Made by a program: the position numbers and the translations under genes. Below, one piece after another: positions 45,663-55,657 of a stretch of DNA of 64,000 nucleotides. The notes under the pieces are model-generated. The model saw only the letters and a list, made by a program, of their open reading frames with translations. It did no database searches and had not been told where the DNA came from. The stretch spans positions 10,096 through 74,095 of the forward strand of contig CP064977.1 of NCBI GenBank assembly GCA_016699465.1. Reading direction: 5' to 3'. How positions within the stretch are numbered: the first letter of the stretch is position 1; every line of letters starts with the position of its first letter. This DNA comes from Candidatus Campbellbacteria bacterium. GTDB taxonomy: Bacteria; Patescibacteriota; Minisyncoccia; Phycocordibacterales; EsbW-18.

Positions 45663-47597
45663 ATGTTTAAACAACTTTTACAAAACAAAAAATTTAAATA
45701 CTTACTCATCGCTCTTGTGGCGGTTATTCCTTTTGAAGCCCTGTCTCTTTCGGGAAAACACTTACCGTATCCTATTGAACTGGGAGCATTGGGGCTGATT
45801 GTCATTATATTCGGTCGAGATGTCTTCAAGAAAGGAATCATAAGCCTTTTGAGACTCCGTTTTTCAAGCATCAATCTTTTGATGACTATTGCTGTTATCG
45901 GCGCAGTTGCAATTGGCGAGCTTGAAGAAGCAGCGATTGTCATAATTCTCTTCTCTCTCGGTAATGTGCTTGAAGATTTTGGGATTTCCCGTAGCAAATC
46001 TTCACTTCAAGAGTTGGTAAACAAGACACCGAAGCAAGCAACTCTCAAGGACGGAACGGTTTTGCCACTAACTGAACTCGCAGTAGATATGATCATTGTC
46101 GTAAAGCACGGAGATATTATTCCCGTTGACGGTACGATTGTTTCAGGTAATTCGCTTGTAGATGAATCATCAATCACTGGAGAACCGCTTCCAAAAACAA
46201 AAGTGGCTGGCGATGCTGTGTTCGCAGGAAGCGTGGCAAGTGATGGATATCTTGAAGTAAGGGTCACAAAGCTTTCAGGTGAAAGCACGTTGCAGAAGAT
46301 AATAAATCTTACCTATGAAGCAGCCGAACGAAAATCAAACGCTCAAGCCTTCATTGAAAAATTCGCTAAATACTATACGCCACTCATCTTGCTTTCCTCT
46401 GTGCTCTTAGTGGTCATTCCTGTCCTCATTTTTGGCGAGCCATTTCAAAAGTGGTTTATTCAAGCTCTAACCCTCCTTATTATTTCTTGCCCGTGTGCTT
46501 TAGTCATCTCTACTCCTGTTAGCGTATTCTCAGCAGTAGGCAATGCCTCACGCAGAGGAGTTGTGATTAAAGGTGGTCGCTTCTTGGAGGAAATGGGTAA
46601 GATTAAAGCGATAGCATTCGACAAGACTCGCACCATTACCAAAGGTACGCCGATCGTAACTGATGTTATTCCTTTTGGCGAGAATACTGAGCAGGATGTC
46701 ATCTCATGCCTTTCAGGGCTTGAAACATTTTCTGAACATCCAATCTCAAAAAGTATCATTGCCTATGCGACAGAGAAGAAAATGGATTTGCATACGTTCG
46801 ATTCTTACAAAGCAACTTCAGGCAAAGGCATAGAAGGAGTTTGTCTTGTGTGTACCGATAGTCATCGCTGTGCAGGTACGCTTGCATATATGAGAGATGA
46901 GCATGGAGCAATTGACGACAGTATCACTAAAAAGGCGGAGGGACTTGAGAAACAAGGAAAGACTGTTATTTTTGTTTCCAATGGAGCAGAAATCAAAGGA
47001 ATTGTCGGAGTGAGTGATGAAATAAAAGAAGACAGCGCGCGAGCAGTTAGCGAACTCAAGAAAATAGGTATCACTTCAATCATGCTTACTGGCGATACGC
47101 TTGCTCCGGCACAGGCTGTGGCGAACACCGTTGGTATTGATGAAGTGTATGTGTCACTTCTACCAGAAGAAAAAGTTGCACGAATACAAGAGCTGAAAAA
47201 GAAATACGGATCAGTTGCCATGGTTGGAGATGGGGTCAACGATGCTCCAGCATTGGCTACGTCATCTGTTGGTATTGCTATGGCTTCAACTGGATCAGAT
47301 GTTGCAATTGAGAATGCTGATATTGCGATCATGAACGACAAACTATCCCTTCTGCCAGAGCTTATCTCGATTGCACAAAAATCAAATGGCATTATTCGCT
47401 TCAATATTGCGCTTGCCTTGATTACTAAAGTTGGATTCCTTGGACTTGCTGTTTCAGGTAATGCTAACCTTGTTATGGCGATTGTTGCGGATGTTGGAGT
47501 AACGATCTTTGTGGTAATCAATTCGTTGCGTCTTTATAACTACGACAGCACAACCGTAGCAGATAACCATTCTGATGGGACGTGCAGTAGTTGTTAG
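45663..47597 (+). CDS. Heavy-metal P1B-type ATPase without an N-terminal metal-binding domain. The phosphorylation motif reads DKTRT.
   Basis: CPC in SCPCALV, the phosphorylation site AFDKTRTIT, GDGVNDAPAL, eight TM helices, and a Cys-rich C-terminus (GTCSSC). Confidence 0.85.
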   Translation: MFKQLLQNKKFKYLLIALVAVIPFEALSLSGKHLPYPIELGALGLIVIIFGRDVFKKGIISLLRLRFSSINLLMTIAVIGAVAIGELEEAAIVIILFSLGNVLEDFGISRSKSSLQELVNKTPKQATLKDGTVLPLTELAVDMIIVVKHGDIIPVDGTIVSGNSLVDESSITGEPLPKTKVAGDAVFAGSVASDGYLEVRVTKLSGESTLQKIINLTYEAAERKSNAQAFIEKFAKYYTPLILLSSVLLVVIPVLIFGEPFQKWFIQALTLLIISCPCALVISTPVSVFSAVGNASRRGVVIKGGRFLEEMGKIKAIAFDKTRTITKGTPIVTDVIPFGENTEQDVISCLSGLETFSEHPISKSIIAYATEKKMDLHTFDSYKATSGKGIEGVCLVCTDSHRCAGTLAYMRDEHGAIDDSITKKAEGLEKQGKTVIFVSNGAEIKGIVGVSDEIKEDSARAVSELKKIGITSIMLTGDTLAPAQAVANTVGIDEVYVSLLPEEKVARIQELKKKYGSVAMVGDGVNDAPALATSSVGIAMASTGSDVAIENADIAIMNDKLSLLPELISIAQKSNGIIRFNIALALITKVGFLGLAVSGNANLVMAIVADVGVTIFVVINSLRLYNYDSTTVADNHSDGTCSSC

Positions 47598-47606
47598 GAA
47601 AATATA

Positions 47607-47640
47607 GTTAGAAAAAAGAACGACAATTGTCGTTCTTTTT
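47607..47640. terminator. Rho-independent terminator after the P-type ATPase
   Basis: aaaaaagaacgacaattgtcgttcttttttctg. Confidence 0.6.
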
Positions 47641-47737
47641 TCTGCAACATGTAGGTTTGTGGGTCGCACTTAGTACATAACTAAATGGGTCATCAAAACT
47701 AACAGTCATAGACAAAGTAAGGATTAATTAACTAGGT

Positions 47738-47960
47738 ATGCGAACAAAACTTGAAGAAGAGATCAAGCGATTTAACTGACAGCAAAGACTTGCAACCAAA
47801 AGAACGCCAAAGTATTCAATCAACGAAGATGCCGTGAATATTAGAGAATATGCCAAGTATGTACTTAGAGGAGGGTACTCCACTGGAGAAGCATGAACTG
47901 ATTGGACATTTGAGGAGCAGGTTAATACTGAAAGAGAAGAAAATCACCTTGGTAGTGTAA
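47738..47960 (+). pseudogene. Degraded C-terminal fragment of a second serine recombinase gene, with stops and frameshifts
   Basis: Nucleotide and translated similarity to the last roughly 75 codons of the 43990-45309 recombinase (atatgccaagtatgtacttagaggagg versus atatgcgaagtatgtcttaaaagaagg; ...aaagagaagaaaatcacc versus aataaaaagattactttg). In-frame stops are present. Confidence 0.6.
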
Positions 47961-47979
47961 TGGAGAAATTAAGTAGTTG

Positions 47980-48008
47980 ACTTCCAAAACCATATACCCT
48001 ATACTATA
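47980..48008. promoter_or_regulatory. Candidate CsoR operator, a perfect palindrome ccatataccctata-c-tatagggtatatgg
   Basis: 14-bp perfect arms, immediately upstream of the second csoR. Confidence 0.55.
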
Positions 48009-48014
48009 GGGTAT

Positions 48015-48302
48015 ATGGTCAAACAAACACACAATCATGTTCACAAGCACGGTGAGCCGAATACAAAAGCTCGCAAAGTTATTAATATGGCAATAGGAAG
48101 TGTAGCTAAGATTCCTGAGATGGTCGACGATGGACGATACTGCCCTGAAATTATTCAGCAGATCGATAGTGTCGTAGGTCTTTTACATAGCGCACGAAAA
48201 GAATTACTAAAGGGTCACTTAGAGTCTTGTCTTGCTGAAAGGTTAAAGACCGACAAGGAAGGTTCAATCAAAGAATTGTTAAAAATCTACAACATGCAGT
48301 AG
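48015..48302 (+). CDS. csoR: CsoR/RcnR-family metal-sensing repressor (second copy)
   Basis: RYCPEII (Cys), HLESC (His and Cys), 95 aa. Confidence 0.75.
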   Translation: MVKQTHNHVHKHGEPNTKARKVINMAIGSVAKIPEMVDDGRYCPEIIQQIDSVVGLLHSARKELLKGHLESCLAERLKTDKEGSIKELLKIYNMQ

Positions 48303-48340
48303 ATTTTTAGTGTTTTATTATTAAATTTATATAAAAAATT

Positions 48341-48904
48341 ATGTCTAAAATTTCAACAACATTAGCAATTTCTCTTATGGTAGTAACAAGTGTTTTGGGG
48401 TGGGTTGCTGGGTATGCCAGTACTGCTGACTATAAAGTGAATATGTACGACAAAACAACTATGGATTTTGGTCGTCCAGATCGAACACTTGATCTTCGTT
48501 ATATTGATGCGATGATTGCTCATCATAGAGGAGCAATGCTTTTGGCTACACAAGCAAGTACACAGACACAGCGACAAGAAATGAAGGATCTCTCTGCGAT
48601 GATTTTGCGGGATGAGCCAAAATCAATTGCTGAGCTATACACATGGAAAAAAGATTGGTATGGAGATACAAAACAAGTAAAAGACCCAATTGTTTCTAAC
48701 ATTGGAACGTATGATGAGAAATTTGATCTTCGCTTTCTTAATGCACTTATCGCACACCATGAAGCAGGATTGCTCATGACAAAAGAAATAAAGACAAAAT
48801 CAAGTAGAACTGAAATTTTAAATAATGCGGATGCGGTTGATACATTCCTTACAACAACACTTAAGATCTTCAAAGACTGGAGAACACAGTGGTATAACAT
48901 CTAA
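48341..48904 (+). CDS. DUF305-domain protein (a copper-homeostasis-associated four-helix protein), secreted
   Basis: Two DUF305 repeats: YIDAMIAHHRGAMLLA and FLNALIAHHEAGLLMT. Confidence 0.75.
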   Translation: MSKISTTLAISLMVVTSVLGWVAGYASTADYKVNMYDKTTMDFGRPDRTLDLRYIDAMIAHHRGAMLLATQASTQTQRQEMKDLSAMILRDEPKSIAELYTWKKDWYGDTKQVKDPIVSNIGTYDEKFDLRFLNALIAHHEAGLLMTKEIKTKSSRTEILNNADAVDTFLTTTLKIFKDWRTQWYNI

Positions 48905-48918
48905 TATAAAATCCCTAT

Positions 48919-51189
48919 ATGACAAATAAAACACTAAAAATTAAAGGGATGCATTGTGCAAGTTGTGCAACTATTATCACCAACAAGGTTTCTAAACTTG
49001 GAGGTGTAGATGCTGTTAATGTTAATTTTGCGACTGAAAAAGCAAATGTTTCATTTGATGACACAATTGTTTCTGTACATCAAATGAATAATGAGATTGA
49101 AAAATTAGGATACACATTTGTTGATGAAACTAGTTCTCATACTATGGAAGATCACAGTATGCATACAGGTATCAATGAATCAAAAGATGAAAAGTTGAAA
49201 GAGCTTCTTACTATGAAGACAAAAACACAGTTTGTGTTACCGATTGCTCTTCTTGTTTTTATCTTAATGATGTGGGATATCGGTGCGAAATTATTTACAT
49301 CAATTCCAAATCTTCCATTACCGATGTCTATCTTCAACACCATCTCTATGGTGCTTGCGAGTGTTGTATTGTTTTGGATTGGGCAACCCTTTCTACAAGG
49401 AGTAGTAAAATTTGCTAAATATCGTGTCGCTAATATGGATACTCTTATTGGTATTGGAACGCTTGTTGCATACCTTTACAGTATCAGTATTACACTCTTC
49501 CCTTTGATGAGGGTGGCCTTGAAACTTCCTGAAACCACTTATTTTGATGTGACTATAGTAGTAATTGGTTTCGTGATGTTAGGTAAATATCTCGAAGCAC
49601 GCTCAAAACTTCGTACTGGTGAAGCAATAGAAAAACTTCTAGGCCTTCAAGCAAAAACCGCCTTACTATGGCGTAATGGTGTTGAGGTGGAAGTACCTGT
49701 GCACGAAGTACAAATCGGTGACATCATTATCGTGAAGCCAGGATCAAAAATCCCTGTAGATGGAGTTATTGTCGAAGGATATTCATCTATCGATGAATCA
49801 ATGATTACAGGTGAGCCAATTCCTGTTGATAAAAAGACTGGAGACTTTGTTGTTGGTGCAACAATTAATAAACAAGGTAATTTCAAATTCAAAGCGACAA
49901 AAATTGGATCTGATACTGTACTCGCTCAAATCATAAAAATGGTTGAAGATGCACAAGGATCAAAAGCCCCGATACAAGCAATGGCTGATAAAATTTCTAG
50001 CGTGTTTGTGCCAATCGTACTTGGCATAGCGGTACTCACTCTACTCCTTTGGCTTACTGTGGGTACATCAGCGCTCGGTTTCTCAACAGCTCTTTCTTAT
50101 GGGATTCTTTCGTTTGTAGGAGTTCTTGTTATTGCATGTCCGTGTGCATTAGGACTTGCAACACCTACAGCCATTATTGTTGGTGTTGGAAAAGGTGCAG
50201 AACACGGGATCCTTATTCGAAACGCAGAAGCACTAGAGAAGCTCAGTCATGTAGATACTGTTGTTCTCGATAAGACAGGAACAATAACTAAAGGAAAACC
50301 TGAAGTAACTGATATTATCTCTCTTGATACAACATGGGCAGAAGCAGATATCCTTCGTGTAAGTGCGAGCGTAGAAAAACTTTCTGAGCACCCTCTCGCA
50401 GATGCTGTTGTTATTAAGGCAAACGAACAAAAAATATCTCTTGAAACCGTTACAAATTTCCAAGCACTCGAAGGTGTTGGAGTCGAAGGTATGATTGGCA
50501 ATAAACACATAGCAATTCATAAACCATCAAAAGATGTCTCTATTACAGGTAATATCAAAGAACTACAAGAGCAAGGTAAAACAGTTGTTATTATAGAAGT
50601 TGATAAAAAACAGATTGGACTTATTGCACTTTCAGATACTTTAAAAAAAGAATCAAAAGAAGCGGTTGCAAAACTCCATGCAAGAAATATTAAAGTAATA
50701 ATGCTCACAGGAGATAACTATTTAGCAGCAAGCTATATAGCGAAACTCGCAGGTATTGACGCAGTTATTGCTGAAGTTATACCTCAAGAAAAGGCAGGAA
50801 AAATAAAAGAACTACAAGATGGCGGTGCAATTGTCGCTATGGTTGGAGATGGTATAAATGATGCCCCTGCTCTTGTACAGGCTGATGTCGGTATCGCTAT
50901 GGGGACAGGGACAGACGTCGCCATTGAATCAGCAGGTATCACACTTTTAGGTGGTGATGTTTCCAAAATTGCACAAGCAATAAAGCTGTCGAAGATGACA
51001 ATGCGAGGTATCAAACAGAATCTTTTTTGGGCATTTATCTTTAATGTTGTAGGTATTCCTCTTGCTGCAGGACTCTTCTATCCAGTATTTGGTTGGTTAT
51101 TAAATCCAGCGTTTGCAGGACTTGCTATGGCATTCTCAAGTGTTTCTGTAGTATCGAACTCATTACGAATTAAGGCTAAGAAACTATAA
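48919..51189 (+). CDS. copA: Copper-translocating P1B-type ATPase
   Basis: N-terminal HMA domain (GMHCASCA), [20 protein letters not shown]. Confidence 0.9.
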   Translation: MTNKTLKIKGMHCASCATIITNKVSKLGGVDAVNVNFATEKANVSFDDTIVSVHQMNNEIEKLGYTFVDETSSHTMEDHSMHTGINESKDEKLKELLTMKTKTQFVLPIALLVFILMMWDIGAKLFTSIPNLPLPMSIFNTISMVLASVVLFWIGQPFLQGVVKFAKYRVANMDTLIGIGTLVAYLYSISITLFPLMRVALKLPETTYFDVTIVVIGFVMLGKYLEARSKLRTGEAIEKLLGLQAKTALLWRNGVEVEVPVHEVQIGDIIIVKPGSKIPVDGVIVEGYSSIDESMITGEPIPVDKKTGDFVVGATINKQGNFKFKATKIGSDTVLAQIIKMVEDAQGSKAPIQAMADKISSVFVPIVLGIAVLTLLLWLTVGTSALGFSTALSYGILSFVGVLVIACPCALGLATPTAIIVGVGKGAEHGILIRNAEALEKLSHVDTVVLDKTGTITKGKPEVTDIISLDTTWAEADILRVSASVEKLSEHPLADAVVIKANEQKISLETVTNFQALEGVGVEGMIGNKHIAIHKPSKDVSITGNIKELQEQGKTVVIIEVDKKQIGLIALSDTLKKESKEAVAKLHARNIKVIMLTGDNYLAASYIAKLAGIDAVIAEVIPQEKAGKIKELQDGGAIVAMVGDGINDAPALVQADVGIAMGTGTDVAIESAGITLLGGDVSKIAQAIKLSKMTMRGIKQNLFWAFIFNVVGIPLAAGLFYPVFGWLLNPAFAGLAMAFSSVSVVSNSLRIKAKKL

Positions 51190-51193
51190 TTAT

Positions 51194-52777
51194 ATGAAAA
51201 ATAAAACACCTTATATAATCTTGGCACTAGTAATCGTTGTAGTTATAGCTCTATTTAGTTTTAGTAAAAATACATCATTAATTAAAAATAATGTTACACA
51301 AAACGACTCAGGGAAAACAGCAATAGAAAGTTCATTTGTTGATTTAAAAAATGGAGATACATTTGATTTGACTGCTTCGTATATAACAAGAAGTATTAAT
51401 GGCACAAATCAAAAAATGCTTGCATATAATGAGTCAATCCCTGGGCCAACTATTCGAGTAGCACAAGGATCAGAGGTAACAATAAATTTCAAAAACAACA
51501 CAGATATTCCACAATTACTTCATTCTCATGGTGTGCGAATGGATAACGCATATGATGGATCGCAAATGGTGCAAAAAGAAATGAAACCCGGTGAATCATT
51601 TTCCTATAAATTAAAATTCCCTGATGCTGGTATATATTGGTACCATCCCCATGTTCAAGAAGTATATGGGCAAGGTTTGGGACTTTACGGAGCTTTTATT
51701 GTAACACCGACCGATCCCGCATATTTCCCTGCGGTAAACAGAGAGATTCCATTATTTCTTTCAGATATTCCATTTGAAAATGGAAGTATTACTTTAAACA
51801 AAAATAAAACAAGTCACACACTCATGGGACATTATGGCAATATTATGCTCGTAAATGGAGATGATAATTACATACTCAAAGCAATCTCTGGTGAGGTTGT
51901 AAGAATGTATGTTGTTAACTCAGCAAACGCTCGACCCTATAATTTTGCAATAAATGGTTTAAAACTAAAATTAGTAGGCAGTGATAGTGGTGCTTATGAA
52001 AAGGCGTCATTTGTAAACAGTGTAGTTCTCGGTCCATCTGAACGAGCAATTGTAGATGTACTTATACCGAAAGCAGGTACTTACGAAATACAGAATCAGA
52101 CCCCTAGTAAAACCTACTCACTCGGAACTATTTCAGCTAGTGAGGAGAAAATAAATGTCTCATATGAAAAAGAATTTAATATTCTTCAATCAAATATAGC
52201 AACAATAAAAAGCATTGATCCATTTAGAAGTTATTTCAATAATACTCCAGATAAAAATATTACCCTTACTCTTGATATGGCAGGAAATATGATGGGAATG
52301 CAAGGTATGGGTCACGGAAATCATATGATGTCCGATGGATCTTCAATGGGCGGGTCAATGATGGGGTCTAGCCCTGACGGTATTGAATGGGACGATTCGA
52401 ATCAAATGATGAGTGCCGTGACTAATACTGATTCCATCAAATGGAAGATTAAAGAGCAAAATACTGGAAAAGAGAACAAAGATATTAATTGGACATTTAA
52501 GAAGGATCAACCTGTTAAAATTAGGATTTTTAATGATCCAAATTCCATGCACCCAATGCAACACCCTATTCATTTTCATGGACAGCGATTTCTTGTAGTT
52601 AGCCGTAATGGTATACAACAAACAAATCTTGCATGGAAAGATACTGTTCTTGTTAAATCAGGAGAAACGGTTGATATTATTCTTGATCCTTCGAATGTTG
52701 GTACATGGATGGCACATTGTCACATTTCAGAACATCTTGAATCAGGAATGATGCTTCAGTTTACAGTTGAAAAATAA
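51194..52777 (+). CDS. Multicopper oxidase (CueO/laccase-like) with a Met-rich insert
   Basis: Copper ligands HSHG, WYHPH, HPIHFHG and HCHISEHLESGMM. A Met-rich segment MMGMQGMGHGNHMMSDGSSMGGSMMG. Confidence 0.85.
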   Translation: MKNKTPYIILALVIVVVIALFSFSKNTSLIKNNVTQNDSGKTAIESSFVDLKNGDTFDLTASYITRSINGTNQKMLAYNESIPGPTIRVAQGSEVTINFKNNTDIPQLLHSHGVRMDNAYDGSQMVQKEMKPGESFSYKLKFPDAGIYWYHPHVQEVYGQGLGLYGAFIVTPTDPAYFPAVNREIPLFLSDIPFENGSITLNKNKTSHTLMGHYGNIMLVNGDDNYILKAISGEVVRMYVVNSANARPYNFAINGLKLKLVGSDSGAYEKASFVNSVVLGPSERAIVDVLIPKAGTYEIQNQTPSKTYSLGTISASEEKINVSYEKEFNILQSNIATIKSIDPFRSYFNNTPDKNITLTLDMAGNMMGMQGMGHGNHMMSDGSSMGGSMMGSSPDGIEWDDSNQMMSAVTNTDSIKWKIKEQNTGKENKDINWTFKKDQPVKIRIFNDPNSMHPMQHPIHFHGQRFLVVSRNGIQQTNLAWKDTVLVKSGETVDIILDPSNVGTWMAHCHISEHLESGMMLQFTVEK

Positions 52778-52780
52778 TTT

Positions 52781-53416
52781 ATGAAAAAACAGCCTAAAAA
52801 TAAAATTTCAAATAAAGTGTGGATTACAGGGATACTGATTGTGATACTCGGATTATCTCTATGGAGCTACCATCACGCAAAAAGAACAGTCACAGTATTG
52901 GATAATCCTGAATTACTCCCTGGCATACAAACAGGAACTGCCCCGTGGGAAGCTGAAACTGTAAACCTCCGTGCTCGCTTAAATGCAGTTCATTTACCAG
53001 CACTTTCTTCAGAAGGGTCTGCTCTACATTTACATCAACATCTTGATATTTTTGTAAATGGTAAATTAATACCTGTGCCATCAAGTATTGGAGTTAATCA
53101 GTCGGTCGGTTTTATCTCTGACATTCATACTCATGACAAAACAGGAGTTATTCATGTTGAGTCACCGAGAATTCAAACATTTACATTGGGTCAGTTCTTT
53201 GATATTTGGGGAGTACAGTTTACTCAAAAATCAATTGGGGGATATGTGGTTACAGAAGATAACTTATTAAAAGTTTTTGTTAATGGTAAACAATACATAG
53301 GTGACCCAAGACAGCTTCCGCTTGAGACACATCAAGAAATTGTCATTACTTACGGAACAGAGAAAGAATCTCCAAGTACTATTCCAAGTTCATATCAATT
53401 TACTGCAGGATTATAA
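52781..53416 (+). CDS. Hypothetical secreted protein in the copper cluster (His-rich segment HLHQHLD)
   Basis: Signal/TM segment. No recognisable domain. Confidence 0.4.
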   Translation: MKKQPKNKISNKVWITGILIVILGLSLWSYHHAKRTVTVLDNPELLPGIQTGTAPWEAETVNLRARLNAVHLPALSSEGSALHLHQHLDIFVNGKLIPVPSSIGVNQSVGFISDIHTHDKTGVIHVESPRIQTFTLGQFFDIWGVQFTQKSIGGYVVTEDNLLKVFVNGKQYIGDPRQLPLETHQEIVITYGTEKESPSTIPSSYQFTAGL

Positions 53417-53439
53417 ATTATAAACATAACCAAAATATT

Positions 53440-54450
53440 ATGAAAAATTACACATTACATGTTTCTGGAACTCATTGTGCGTCATGCAAAATATTAATTG
53501 AGGATATTCTTGGTAATCAAGATATGGTCAAAGGTGTTCATGTAAATCTAAAAAAAGAAATTGTTCATATTGATACTGATAGCAATAGTAGCCCAGAAGA
53601 GTTAGCCTCACTGCTTACTGAAAAGATTAAATCACACGGCTACACTCTTTCTGTTGATAAGATTATTAAAGAAAAACAGTCTGATGACATTATTTGGAAA
53701 GCAATACCAATTGGCTTAGTGTTCTTGGTATTATTCTTTATTCTTCAAAAATCAGGTATTTTAAATCTTGGTATCGGTGGCAAAACTACACCCGCAACAA
53801 GTTTTATTATTGGACTCATAGCTTCAGTCTCAAGTTGCCTTGCAATCGTAGGAGGACTTGTTCTGTCACTTTCAGCTAAGGTTATGCAAGATGATGGTAA
53901 GTCTGCAAAAAAACCATTTATCCTATTTCACCTAGGTAGAGTGCTTGGATTTGCTTTACTTGGAGGATTGCTTGGTCTTATTGGTAAAGCAATTGGAATA
54001 AACTTTATGTTCTCCGCAATACTTGGACTAATTGCTTCAACAGTAATGATTCTCCTCGGTTTAAATCTTGTTGGAGTTTTCAAAAAGAGCAAATTAACAC
54101 TACCAAGTAATTTATTTGCGTATTTTAGAAAAGTAGAACACGCGACTATTGCGCCGATCCTTATTGGTATAGGTACATTCTTCCTTCCATGTGGATTTAC
54201 TCAATCAATGCAAGTCGCCGCACTTTCAAGTGGGTCATTTATTTCTGGCATGGGATTAATGCTTGCATTCGCCCTCGGTACACTTCCAATGCTCGCACTA
54301 TTGTCTTTTAGTTCAGTATCATTTGCTCATTCAAAACACGCTCCATTGTTCTTTAAATCAGCAGGTGTCGTAGTGATCGGCCTTGGAATCTTTGCTTTAC
54401 TTGCTGGTCTTGCAGGTATCGGTATTATTAGCCCTTTGTTTAATATATAA
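53440..54450 (+). CDS. HMA-domain protein fused to a multi-TM (CcdA/DsbD-like or TauE-like) membrane domain
   Basis: N-terminal GTHCASCK HMA motif, then about six TM helices. Confidence 0.55.
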   Translation: MKNYTLHVSGTHCASCKILIEDILGNQDMVKGVHVNLKKEIVHIDTDSNSSPEELASLLTEKIKSHGYTLSVDKIIKEKQSDDIIWKAIPIGLVFLVLFFILQKSGILNLGIGGKTTPATSFIIGLIASVSSCLAIVGGLVLSLSAKVMQDDGKSAKKPFILFHLGRVLGFALLGGLLGLIGKAIGINFMFSAILGLIASTVMILLGLNLVGVFKKSKLTLPSNLFAYFRKVEHATIAPILIGIGTFFLPCGFTQSMQVAALSSGSFISGMGLMLAFALGTLPMLALLSFSSVSFAHSKHAPLFFKSAGVVVIGLGIFALLAGLAGIGIISPLFNI

Positions 54451-54457
54451 TTATCAT

Positions 54458-54853
54458 ATGAATAAAACTGTCTCAATCATTATTATTAGCGCACTTCTTA
54501 TAGGTATAGGAATCGTTGTTTTGGGTGGATCTTCAAAGGGGGGCTCAGAAACTGCTACAGGAGTCCAAAACAGCGAAATAAGAGATGGTATACAATACAT
54601 AACCATAGATGCTAAAGCAGGATACTCTCCAAAGGTTTCTACCGCAAAAGCAGGTATCCCTACAAAACTAATAGTGAAAACTAATGGTACTTACGACTGC
54701 TCTGCTTCTTTGGTTATTAAATCATTAAACTATCAAAAAATTCTTTCTCAGACAGGAGAAGAAACTATAGATATTGGTACACCTGTAGCAGGAACTCCAT
54801 TGAGAGGGGTTTGTGGTATGGGGATGTATAATTTCCTCATTAACTTCAGTTAA
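54458..54853 (+). CDS. Putative cupredoxin-like domain protein (secreted)
   Basis: Start at MNKTVSIIIIS. A beta-rich domain with a C-terminal Cys/Met (RGVCGMGMYNF). Weak assignment. Confidence 0.35.
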   Translation: MNKTVSIIIISALLIGIGIVVLGGSSKGGSETATGVQNSEIRDGIQYITIDAKAGYSPKVSTAKAGIPTKLIVKTNGTYDCSASLVIKSLNYQKILSQTGEETIDIGTPVAGTPLRGVCGMGMYNFLINFS

Positions 54854-54859
54854 ACGCAA

Positions 54860-54900
54860 CAACAAAAAGAGCAACAAATTATGTTGCTCTTTTTGTTGTT
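54860..54900. terminator. Rho-independent terminator closing the copper cluster
   Basis: caacaaaaagagcaacaaattatgttgctctttttgttg. Confidence 0.6.
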
Positions 54901-54991
54901 ATCTTGCGCGCAAAGTTCTAGCGTCTCAAATGGGTTGATTTTAAACCTATTAAAAATACTTAAAAACTAAGCATCTCGTGCTATCACGATT

Positions 54992-55081
54992 TGGCGGAGA
55001 CGGGAGGATTCGAACCTCCGATCCGGTTTCCCAGATGCCGGTTTTCGAAACCGGTGCCTTCAACCACTCAGCCACGTCTCC
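54992..55081 (-). tRNA. tRNA-Ser(CGA), type II, CCA encoded
   Basis: Reverse complement gives GGAGACG-TG-GCTGAGTGGTTGAAGGC, anticodon stem-loop CCGGT-TTCGAAA-ACCGG, a long variable arm, and T-arm GGAGG-TTCGAAT-CCTCC. Confidence 0.8.
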
Positions 55082-55277
55082 ATTTCATTCCAACAAGGCT
55101 GAGTGCTTGTCCACCTCACTTCGCTCGGATGAAAACCTCCACAGGAGCTTTTCATCCACTCAGCCACGTCTCCATTTCATTCCGACAAGGCTGAGTGCTT
55201 GTCCACCTCACTTCGCTCGGATGAAAACCTCCACAGGAGCTTTTCAACCACTCAGCCACGTCTCCATCTCGGTCTTC
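55061..55277. repeat. 92-bp tandem repeat (about 2.4 copies). Each unit is the first 21 nt of tRNA-Ser plus 71 nt of upstream sequence.
   Basis: Unit starts at 55061, 55153 and 55245 (caaccactcagccacgtctccatttcattcc...). The first unit overlaps the real tRNA 5' end. Confidence 0.85.
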
Positions 55278-55334
55278 TATGGAAGTAGGTGTATTTTGCC
55301 ATTTTTTCAAAAAAATGCTATATTTCTGCTCGTC

Positions 55335-55408
55335 GGCCTTATCGTCTAGCCTGGTTAGGACGTCACCCTTTCACGGTGAAAACTCGGGTTCGAATCCCGA
55401 TAAGGTCA
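55335..55408 (+). tRNA. tRNA-Glu(TTC)
   Basis: Anticodon stem-loop TCACC-CTTTCAC-GGTGA, T-arm TCGGG-TTCGAAT-CCCGA. Confidence 0.75.
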
Positions 55409-55584
55409 CAACACAAAACAAAAATGCCCCAACCGGGCGTTTTTGTTTTATGTCTGAGTGACCGAAATAGCAGACAAACTGTTTTGTCTGCGTCGGGATT
55501 CGAATGACGGAGCATGTTTGTGAAAGCTTTCAAAAACAGCGAGTCAGGGCCTAACCCGAGGCGAGCGACGGCGAGCCGAGAGGT

Positions 55585-55603
55585 GAATCCCGATAAGGTC
55601 ACA
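55585..55603. repeat. Direct repeat of the tRNA-Glu 3' end (19 nt), 175 bp downstream of the intact tRNA
   Basis: gaatcccgataaggtcaca at 55392-55410 and again at 55585-55603. Confidence 0.8.
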
Positions 55604-55657
55604 TAATATGAGTGAGGTTTTAAAAACACGCACTAGAGGGCATGTTTTTGCTTTAGC

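Noticed and set aside
46862-47521. 219-aa minus-strand ORF inside the P-type ATPase gene
   Set aside because: Antisense to a motif-rich ATPase frame.
54978-55507. ORFs 54978-55349, 54991-55194 and 55289-55507 around tRNA-Ser and tRNA-Glu
   Set aside because: They read through tRNA genes and the 92-bp tandem repeats. A repeated peptide simply reflects the DNA repeat.
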